DNA of 64,000 nt from the NCBI RefSeq assembly GCF_009914755.1, contig NC_060927.1; one strand, written 5' to 3'. The notes beneath the pieces are model-generated. The model did no database searches. It was given only the letters and a program-made list of their open reading frames with translations, and was not told the origin of the DNA. The translations under genes were made by a program, and so were the position numbers. Origin of the DNA: the human T2T-CHM13v2.0 reference genome, Homo sapiens. Each line of letters opens with the position of its first letter. Position 1 is the stretch's first letter. Positions 28,701 through 39,530 of this stretch are shown here, one piece after another.

Positions 28701-29159
28701 AACAAGAGAGCCTGAGTCCCAGCCCAACCTCCAGGCTCCCTTCCCATGATGTTATTTTTATACTTTTTCCTAAAACACAGCCTAAGCGGGCCCTTCTCAG
28801 CTCTATTAACATTAGGAATCTAATCAGTAATCAGACAGCTCATAATTTTCTGATTAGCTTTGATTAGGCCCAACCTCAGGAGAAGGAGTGGGACAGTGAA
28901 GAGGGAGGTGGGGACAAAAGGGCCCTGAAATGTGCCCGATGGGGCACTGGTTGGGCTGGGGGTGGAGGGTAGTGGAGAAGAACCTCTAGCCCCATTGTTG
29001 CCTGTTTTGGGGAAGGGACGTGGAATGGAGTCGTGGGTTGCACTGGGTCAAACAGGTTGCAGGGTCAGAGAGCAAGGGCCGTGGTGGGGAGGGGGGTGGG
29101 GGCGAGCCCAGCCCACCTAGGCAGCAGGAACACCAGAGCAAGCAGCTTGGGCGAAGACT

Positions 29160-29180
29160 TTCAGCACCATGGACAGAGGT
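29160..29180 (+). promoter_or_regulatory. RE1/NRSE (REST-binding site)
   Basis: TTCAGCACCATGGACAGAGGT versus consensus TTCAGCACCnnGGACAGCGCC; both half sites perfect through GGACAG with canonical 2-nt spacer. Confidence 0.8.
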
Positions 29181-29337
29181 AGGGAGGAGCGTCAGGGCTG
29201 GGTTTGGGCAACCACCTGGGTGTTATCTTGCCCAGGCCCCCTCATTCCTCGGTGGCACTCAAGGAATGATCCCAGGCATAACCTTGAGTAATGGTGACAG
29301 TGACAGAAACGGTAGGTCTGCTCAGTGGGCTGAAATA

Positions 29338-29701
29338 TGTGACCTTGGACCTGGAGAACTGGCCCTGGGCACTCTTACTAAACACACCACAGGCAGGGCC
29401 TGCCTTGACAATCATCCCTTCAAGGTGAAGACAACAAGGTCAGGGGCCCACTGGCCCCCCCATACAAAGGGGGAACTGAGGCCTGGAGGGACTGTCAGGC
29501 CACTGTACCATTAGGGACAGAGCTTGGACCTGTACTGAGGCATCCCAGGCCAGGGCCAGATCTCTCTCCTGTTTAAGGCCTGTTTGTAGCTTTTGCATCA
29601 CATGCTCAGATGGAACCATGGTGCTAGCCAAACCAGACTTCCTAGGCCTGCCACTCATGCACTCTGACCCCTGCTCTGACCCTGTTCCTGGCGATCATGA
29701 G
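29338..29701 (+). repeat. 364-bp dispersed direct repeat, copy 1
   Basis: Ungapped match to 30789-31152 with about 18 substitutions by hand count (about 95% identity). Confidence 0.95.
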
Positions 29702-30169
29702 AACTCTCCAATCTCTACCCCCTATCCATTGCCCTTCCCCACAGATTCAGACTTCTTGTAGCCACATCCTGGAGCCCTATTCAGGTCAGAGTCAGAGTGG
29801 CTCTGCCCCTGCCCCCTGGTCTGGGATCACAGGTCATTGCCCTTTGTCAGATGCAGCCATCCAGGTGACCGCTAATGAAATACACGAACCCATTGGAGAA
29901 GACATGCACAGCTAATGCCATGCAAATTGGCACAGAGGCAATCAGCCTGACTCTAAAAGCTGCCCCACTGGCCGCAGGCTGGCTCATTGTCTTTTCTGTC
30001 AATTTGCATCTCATTACCCAGAAGGCTGTGCTCACTGGAGGTTAAAAGAAAAAAAGCACCAAGCAAGCCCCACTGTGTCCTGCCTCCAGCAAGGGCAAAG
30101 CCCACGAGTGGGACAGGGCTGCCTGGAGGACTGCCCCTCAGAGGTACACTCCACAGGGAGCCCCCCATC

Positions 30170-30595
30170 AGCCCTATCACCCCCATCACCCACCATCAAT
30201 ATTATCCCTGCACCACCAGAATGCTACTCCATTCACCATCATCCCCATCATCACTGTTGTTCCCCCCACTTAACCAGCACCAATGTCCCCATGTTCACTG
30301 CCAACATCCTCCCCATCACCATTGCCAATATTACTCCATCATCATCAGTGTTACTCCCATCACCATCAGCTCCACCATCACTACCTTCATCCCCATCACC
30401 ATAGTCATCACTTCCATCATCACCATCTTCATCTACCACCATCAACTCTACTGCCAACATCACTTCCATCACCACCTTTACCATCACTGTCACCACTACG
30501 ACCATCACCCCACTGTGGTCACCTCTGCTAGTGCTCATGTCTCCTGGTAATCACCACTACCACTGTGCTCACTGCTACCTGCACCATCACCTCTG
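30170..30595 (+). repeat. Degenerate (CAT/CAC)n low-complexity tract
   Basis: Runs of catcac/caccat/cattac; produces spurious His/Ile/Thr-rich ORFs. Confidence 0.85.
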
Positions 30596-30788
30596 TATCC
30601 CTGAGAAGAGTCTGATGAAGAGACAGAGACAACTCATTCTTCACCTTTCTCTGTCCATCACCCTCCAGCATCATCAGAGGGTTGGGGAACCTGTAAACAA
30701 ATGACTCAGTGACCAGAGAGCTCATAATCAACCTGGATATTGGTGCTTGTATCTAGGTACCTTGACCTAGGTGCTTGATCTAGGTATC

Positions 30789-31152
30789 TGTGACCTTGGA
30801 CATGGAGAACTGGCCCTGGGCACTCTTACTAAACACACCACAGGCAGGGTCTGCCTTGATGATCATCCCTTCAAGGTGAAGACAACGAGGTCAGGGGCCC
30901 ACTGGCCCCCCTATACAAAGGGGGAGCTGAGGCCTGGAAGGACTGTCAGGCCACTGTACCATTAGGGACAGAGCCTGGACCTGTACTGAGGCATCACAGG
31001 TCAGGGCCAGATCTCTCTCCTGTTTAAGGCCTGTTTGTGGCTTTTGCATCACATGCTCAGATGGAACCATGGTGCTGGCCAAATTAGACTTCCTAGGCCT
31101 GCCACTCGTGGGCTCTGACCCCTGCTCTGACCCTGTTCCTGGCGATCATGAG
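30789..31152 (+). repeat. 364-bp dispersed direct repeat, copy 2
   Basis: See copy 1; offset 1451 bp. Confidence 0.95.
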
Positions 31153-33269
31153 GGCTTCAGGAGGAAAGCCCTCAAGGCCAGGGGGTGGAATGGGTGCTTG
31201 TCCACTCTACCAGGGCCCCTGAAGAGACTGGGGCTTAGCTTACTCTCCTGGTTCTAGTAGGACCTGGGACTGGGCAGACAGTGACCAGCAGCCACAGTAC
31301 CCCATGGGGCAGAGCCAGGAGCTGCATGTGTAATGCACAGAACTGATACCATTCTCTGAATCCTGATAACCTCCTCCCTAACACGGGGCTTCTACTAGTC
31401 CCAGCCTCATAAGACTGTGAGGATGAAGGCAGACATGAGAGGAGAACAGTGAGCATCCAAGGCTGTCTCAAAGGGCACATAAACCCTATGGGAGAGGAGT
31501 ATGGTTAGGCTAAGCCAGGTGGGCTTTGGGAAAGGGAGCACCAGGCAAAACTTGAAGGGCAAGGTCAGATGAAGGGGATAAGGGAAGTAATGCCCAGAGG
31601 GCAAAGATGTGGGGGTAGGAAGGAGGGCAGTGGAGGCCAGGGGAGCTGATTTAGGCCTTCGATTCTCCTGGGCCTCCCTGGACTCAGGGATTGGTGCGGT
31701 AGGTGTTTGTGCTTATGAACATGGCCCAGCCTCTTCCACAGGACCTCATTTCATTATCTGCACCTTGCTTCACACACATGCTTCCAAAAAGCCCCAAGAA
31801 GCCCAATCATTATTCCCATTCCCCCGACGAGGTCACCAAGGCTCAGAGAGGGTGACTCACCCACCCAAGACCACACAATGATCAAATGGCAGAGCTCAAA
31901 CTGAATCCAGCTTTGTCCATGCCAGGGATGGGCTCTGACAACTCCCTGTGTCCCTGGGCAGCAAGGCGGGATATGAACCTAGGCCAAGACAAAGCCAGGG
32001 CTCCCTGCACAGGTCATCCAGAAGAGTGGGAGCAGGAGCCAGACTCTTCCAGCTAGGCTGTCACTCTGCTGGATGTGGACGCCTGAGGCTCCACCTTGTC
32101 GCTGCCCACCAGCTTTGGGACACAAAGCCAAGCACTGGTTGGCCCGGGGATGATGCTGAGGGCCCAGGCAGAGGTGACAGGCAGACAAAGGGCTGGAGGT
32201 GGTGGGCAGGGAGGGCACAGCCTGGCTGCCAGGTGGAAATGCCCAGGGTAAGAGCTGCTCTGAATACTGGCTGCATCCTGCTGCTGCAATCAGCCTCGAC
32301 ACTTGGTTATTACGAGGAGTAAAGGCGGCCAGTGGGACAGCTGGAGCCGTGGTGACAACATTTAAGGCGTTTGTCAGAGCCGTGGGACACGGACTGCCAG
32401 GCGCTAATGGCTTCTGCTTGCTGCTGCCAAGTGAGAGGAGGGTGGGCAGGCGGAGGCGGCCTTGCTCCTGCCTGGGCCCAGGCCTACCCCACACTGCACA
32501 GCCACTCCACGACAGGTAGGGCCCACCTGGGCCTCACAGATGCCTAGCAACGGCCACAGAGCCATGGCACCAACTGGAGAGGGCAGGACAGCAGTCGTGT
32601 ACATGTGCCTGCAATATTTGGGGCATCGTTGCCGCCTCTCCCTTCATTCAGGCTGCAGTCTCTCTCCCCTGGGACAAGGGTCTGTTATCCACTACACCAT
32701 CTCCCAGGAAAGGGACCCCTGAATCCCAGCTGGCTTAGCCCCCGACCTCCTCAGCCCATTGGGCTGGACTTTCTGAGGGAGAGACCCTTCTAGTGATGGA
32801 TCCACACTGGATTCACATCTACCCTGAGTGATTTTGGTTTTCCTGGCCTCAGTTTTTCTCCCCGCAAAATGGGAAAATGACACCATCCACCCAGGCAGAC
32901 TGGCCACATTAATGATAAAACAGAGGAACGCTGAAGTGCTGGCCACATGGAGGCCGACAGCACTTGGGCTCATGAGGAAGGGCTGGAGGTAGAGTCAGAC
33001 AACACCCTGGAAGTGGAGTGTGGACCCTGGGGGCTGCCTGAAGGTGGGGGCAGCCTGGAGGAGGCAGCAGAGCAAGCTGCAGGGAAGGTTCAGGGGTTTT
33101 CCAGGGAGAAAAGCCCCATGGCTGGTTGACCAAGTAGGGCTTTGAACAAAAAGTGCTCCTGAAATATATGGGTTGGCAAGGAATTCCTGCACCTGCAGAG
33201 CCCCTGTAGGACCCAGCACCAGCACCGCCTGTGCTGCACACGGAGCTGTCATCGTGGGCGATGCCACTG

Positions 33270-33440
33270 AGCACTTGCTGTGGCCAGCATCGCTCATTAA
33301 TCCCTACAGCAGCCCCTGCAAAGCAGGTCTCATTTCTACACCATTTTGCAGATGAGGAAACTGAGTTCAGAGGTGGTTCCTCAGCTTATCTGTGGCCACG
33401 GCTCTCTGAGGGCAGGGTGGAAGGTTGAACCTGGGCTGTG
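33270..33440 (-). mobile_element. MIR fragment
   Basis: ctcatt.aatcc..acagcagccctg...ccattttgcagatgaggaaactgag.ttcagag core. Confidence 0.7.
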
Positions 33441-36400
33441 TCATCAAGTCCCCCTCCCCTACTTGCCGATTAGCCCAGGAGACACCCTGAGCCCTCTCTG
33501 AGGAGGAAGTGGGCCTCTGGCTGGCTGTGGATCAGACAGCGTGGAGTGGGAGACACTGTGTGGCTGGGGATGGACCCAGCGGGCACGAGGAGACCTGAGA
33601 GGGTCCAAGCTCTGCCTCAGATTCCCTCCACGATCTCAGGGCACTTGTCTTCCCATGTGGCCTTGGAGTTCTTGCTACTTTCCCAGAGCATAGACTGAGG
33701 CCAGAGGAGGCAGGAGGGGTCCTTGAAGAAGGCAGGGAGTTGTATACACTCCCCAAGGCCACCCAGCGAGCTCTGGCCCCCAAGAACCCTCTTCTACCTG
33801 TGGTTAGCCTGCTGCCAGGCTCAGGTCAAGCCCACATGGCATCAGTGCTGGGGACACTGCTGGGGGTCAGTGTTGAGCCCAGTGACCCTTTGGGGGCGGC
33901 TGTGCTTGGCCCTGCCTAGATCAAAGACTGTTGTCTGGAAAAAGGGCAGGGCAGAAACTCTGGGACAGGACCATCCCCTCAGAAGGCTGGGCAGACCCCA
34001 GGGCCACTCTTGCATAGAAAGGCTGACAGAAGTTCTGTTGTGAGCCATCCTCACTCATTCTCACAGGTGAAGAAACCGAGGCTCTGCAGAAGGGGGATCC
34101 CCTAGTGTGAGCAGGAGGCAGTGAGGCTAAGCACAGAGCATGCTCACTACCTTGGGGTTGGTGTCCCTTCCCCGAACCCACAGAGCTGGGTGCTCCCTGG
34201 GATGGGGGGGGGGTGTTGTCTTTGTGCCCCAGAGTCAGCCCAGCCTCAACCCACACAAGGTATGCAAGGCCTCTGGGCCACCTGATTCCCAGCCCACTGC
34301 TCTGCCTGGCCCAGGCCTGCCAGCCCACTCCTGGGTTGAGCTCTTTTCAGCACTCCAGAGTCCTATGTTGCTCTCCTGCCCACAAGGCCACTCCGCTGCA
34401 GGACTCCTCCAAGGGAAAGGGGGTAAGTGGGACCCCTGTGACCAGGCCTCTTGGGTGTCCACGGAGGGAGCTGTTCCAAACAAGGTGATGTCAGAGGTCT
34501 GTGGCTTTAGTGGGAGTGGGTGAGGAGGTTTCTTCCATCTGACTTTGAGGTCAACAGCTTTGAAATCCTGGGGGTGGAGGGCCTGGAGTTAGAGAAGGAG
34601 GATGTGTGTGTGTGTACATAAACACATGTGCACATGTGCAGACATGGGAAAGCACATCCATGCTGCCAACATGTGCTCAGGCACACGTGCATATGGTGTC
34701 TGGGTCCTTGCTTTTGGTTCACCAACAACTTTAACATCCAGAACTCCCCTCCTGAGGCACAGGCAGGGAAGGGCTGTTCCTGTTGGGGCTGTGTGTGGGG
34801 TGGCTGACTGGGCTGTGGCTCCAGGACCTATAGGCTCCACCACCTGCCCACTCATGCCTGGCCAAATGGAGCTTCTTGGCTATGACCTGTCTGGCCCTCA
34901 CCCAGGGGACCGCTCCTCAAATATGCCCTCAAATTGTTCATTGCTTCACCTCCCTCCCAGCCCTCACACCAGCCTGTGATCATTTTGTTTTGTGTTATCT
35001 CAACCAACACTACAGTGTGGAATAAAAGGAAAGGGCCTCAGTCTCCAGGGCTTTTCTTCTTTCTGCTACCATGTCCGTGGTCTGCACTTGGTGCTAGAGA
35101 CATAGGATGAGTCAGATCTGGCCCCACCAGAGTGGAGGGGAGGGGCTTCCGCTTGTCTCCATGCTCACTCTCCCCCAGCTCCATTCCAGACACAGTGCAG
35201 CCAATACCAGGCTAGACCAAGGAAATCTTGTGCGCCAGCTCCCAACCGACTGTCCACCAGATGCTTTTGTGATTCTAGTTTTCACTTATGGGTACCTGTT
35301 GTCCATATGTGACTGTCACAATCATAGGGGCACAAGGCTGGTGCTACTTAATGCATTTTTCAGAAGGAGGAAGCTCAAAACAATGTAGTGAGTGCTCCAA
35401 GTCCACAAACCTGGCAGAAGGAGAAGCTGGAGCCCACACCTAAGTCTGTTCAGCTGCTGAGCCCAGGCCTTCCAAGCTGCAGCCTGAGATGGTCACACCT
35501 GTGTGACCAGGACTCCCAGCACTGCCAGCAGCCTCTGCCTGTGGCCCCTGGGAAAGAACGAATGGGGCTCTGAGGCTTGGGGAGGAGCAACATGCCCAGG
35601 GTCACACTACAGTCCAGGTGCCAGCTCCCAGACCCTGCTCCTAGCAAAGGTGCATGGGCTGAGGGGCACCATCCTGGAAATCCCCCCACAACCCCCAAAC
35701 ACCTTCCCATGGCAAGCCACGCTGGGCTTCTCCTCTGGTTAGAACACAAAACACTGGGTAGGTCTCCCTTGACTTCCAGGAGGCTCAGGGTGAGCCCATG
35801 GGCTCAGCTAGAGCAAGTGCCTAGTCTGCAGGCTGCTCACCTCGGCCTCTGCCCCGTCATTGTTACTCATATTCTGCAATTTTACTGGATGTGCTTTTGA
35901 GAAGAGCTAATTAATACTTTGCCAAATGAGTTGGGGAATCAACCAAATTAAGCTATCTCTGCCCACAACCCCCACATCTGGGCAGGGTGGGTTGCCCTGT
36001 GAGGCTAGGCTGGCTGTGGGCCCTGCTCTGAGCCACCACCCCAATGGTGGGCAGGCCAGCATCTGGCAGGCGCAGCCGTCTCCCTGGAAAACGAGACATT
36101 TCTTATTGAGATAACGAATCGCTCCATTTAGATCCAAATTAACCTCCCCCAATTACCCCATTTTCTACCACATTTCACCAGATCGAAATCCCCTTCTGCC
36201 TGCACAGTCACGTGCTGAGCCCCTCCTTGCTCCCAGGTCTCGTGCATCCCAAAGCCATGGGCACTCAACAGCCCTAGGCGGCCAGCAGGCGCCTTCCCTC
36301 ATTGGCCATGTTTTTCTTTTCTTTTTTTTGCAGGGGGTGGGGAGGGAGAGGATAGGGGTGGGGGAGGCTTGATGCAGCTGCTGCTCTGAGGAGTGGGAAT

Positions 36401-37282
36401 TTCTATTTTATTTTTTTAGCTCGTTCTTTGAAATAAGGATGCAATATGGGATCAATTTTTGATGACAGTGAAGTAAAAGGGGAAAACAGTAGCAATTTTC
36501 TTTTCTGAACATGCCCTATTTAATGGAAGGATGTCACCGTGGAGTTTTATCTGGAGGGGAGAGGGCCTGGTTGTCAGGGACTCATGGTCAGAGATGTCTG
36601 GCACCATCTCAGCCTGGGGGGGTGCTGGGCACCCCCTCCCTGGTCTCCCGGTGCCCTCTATTAGGGTGACTGCCAGGGCCCAGGACTTGGGACAGGGAGA
36701 GGCCGAGTCTCCATCTTCCCTCACCTGGCACGAGGGTGGACCCTCCCCACCTTGTGCTCTGCTGGTCTCAGGCTGCATGAGGAGTCTAGAGCTAGGGCCC
36801 CAGGGGATCAGTGTGAATTAGGGTTATAAAATCCCACCCAGCTGCTGCTGCCGCTGCCACCTCTGTGTTAAACCTAGGAAGCGGAGCTGGTTGGGGTAGG
36901 GGGGTGGTGGTGGAGCATGAGGAGGGGGAAGGGAGAGGCCTGAATCCTGAGCTGGCCAGGACTGGGGGCAGTCAGGGTATCTGGTGCCTTGTCTCAGGGC
37001 TCAGGAAGGAGAGATGGGGGTAAGAATAGGGCAGAAGTGAGGGTGTTCCTCAGTGGGGGTGGTTTTCAGAGAATACTGCAGGGGGAACTGTTGCCTCTTC
37101 TACCAACTCTCTCCAACCCCTGACCCTCAGCCCTGGGTCAGAGACCATTAACTGGAATTGGGCCATGGCTGTGTGGAGTCAGGAGGCCTCTGGACCAAGC
37201 ACTGCGGGACTCTTGAGGCCTCTGCTGGGAGGGTGGGATGCTTCCCCGTTGTAAGTTGCCCCAAGTGAGGTTGAGGTCCCTA

Positions 37283-37678
<396 letters not shown>

Positions 37679-39399
37679 TCAGTTTGCCATGCAGCCCCCT
37701 TGAAACCTGGGACATCCCTAAAGTAGCTGAGCCAGTCTTGGCCCATTCCTTCTGATGTCTAGTGCCCTCTGGCCATCTGTCTTCCAAAGCCTCCTTTACC
37801 TTGCAGTGCAGGGACAGAAATGAGTTAGATAGAACCATACCTCTGAGGCCCATGCAGCACAGCTACAGACATCTCATTCACAGATGCATGCAGTCACGCC
37901 AGGCAGCTCTGGACCCGCAAAAACAGCACACAGTCATGCCCAACCCCCACAGGCCCACACAGAGCCCAAGGTTAGAGAGCCACCGAGCCACATACCCGCA
38001 CCGTGCAAGCGTGGCCAAGCCCAGGTATGGTCCTTACAGTGAACAGCTCTGCCTTCACACAGGGAGAAAACCACTGGGGTCTCTGCAGTCTTCTCATCCA
38101 CAACCTGTGGACTCTCTAAACAAACAAGCAATTTAAGACCCCAAAAATACCTTCCAGAGTCCTCAACATGAGGTCAAAGCAGGGCTGGCAAGAGCAGACC
38201 CTGCTGCCTCCTCTAGGGTAAACCATGAAACAGAAACCAAGGGACAGGGCAGCCCCCCTTCCAAAACAATAGCAGATCCTGGGAGGGCAGTGGAAGGGTG
38301 GCAGGCTGGGTGTCTCATCCCAGTGCCTGCCTAGCCCTGTTGACAGATGCCGCCCAAAGCTGCACCCACTACTGCCCTTCCTTCTTCGGCTGTGGCCAGG
38401 CCTCTGAAATAATTAGCAATTCTGCTCTACAAAACGCTGGCCCGATGGGATAATAAACTCCAACATCTGTCAGAAGAGCGAGCTCCTATGAAATTGCCAA
38501 GAGAAACATTTTTCTCCTCATTCAATTCACATTTAAATCAAAAACAACCCCTCCAAGTCTGCGCCAGGCCGGCGGCGCAGGGCTCCGGGAGCCCACAAGC
38601 TGTTCCTGGGCCTGCAAAGAGGCTCAGGCGCACAGTGATCACTCACTCAAATTAACAAATCATTTTATTTAGAAATGAAGAGAATTTGTAAGTGACGCAT
38701 GGCTTCAGAGGCACTGAGGAGGAGGGAAAGCCAGCCATGGGCCCGTCTTTCCTCCCCTCAGCAGAAAGGCCTCCCGGAGAACGCGGGTCATGGGGGCCAA
38801 CACTCTCCATCTCCACAGCCACCCAGTGTGATAGGCAGGCTAGGAATCCTGTTGACATTCTGTGGTGGGACACTGACGGCCAATGAAATGCCCAAGGCCC
38901 CCAGTGGCTCCTGCTAGACTGAGGGCACAGGCTCCGATGTGAGGGAGCCCAGCCAGGGCTGGCTCTGCCAGAGAAGCAGTGTCCTGGGTCTGCAATTCCA
39001 CTTTTGGGCTACAGAAGGTGCTGTGCAGAGAGAGCTGAGCCCCGTGTGGGTCCAGGGTTGGGTTTGACTATGGATGAGCTTTGTCAATACAATTATACTC
39101 TGGAAACAGGAGTCCTGGAGACTTGAGTTCCAGGCCTAGGGCTGCAGATTCACCATCTGTGCAATGAAGGACACAGACCTGGACTGCTAACGGTCCTGTC
39201 ACCTATGAGAGCCGCTGAAGATCGGATATCAAAGGCTGACAAATGAAAAAAAAGTTGCTGATAAGCCCTGGTCCTGCCCAGACCCCTCCTTGGGGTTACC
39301 ATGGGCTCCTGAGGTGTCTGTGTGTCCCCATCAGGTCCTCTGTTCCAGGTTCCCACAGTGCCTGTGTGCCCCTCACCAAGGAACTCACTGCTCTGTCCT

Positions 39400-39530
39400 G
39401 CAATTTCCTAACAGGCTGTGCACTCTCTGAGGCAGGAACAATGCTGTTTGTTTTTCCCCATTCCAGAGGGTGCCCAGCACTTGGTAACTATTTGGTGAAT
39501 AAACAGGTGAATGAATCAATGAATGAATGG
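39400..39530 (+). mobile_element. L2 3' end
   Basis: gtgcccagcac......tatttg.tgaat...gaatgaat.aatgaatgaatg terminus. Confidence 0.65.

Noticed and set aside
29987-30550. His-rich ORF
   Set aside because: Translation of the (CAT/CAC)n low-complexity tract
29338-31152. Interpretation as an LTR retroelement or composite transposon
   Set aside because: No recognised LTR consensus, TSD, PBS/PPT or coding remnants; local duplication is simpler
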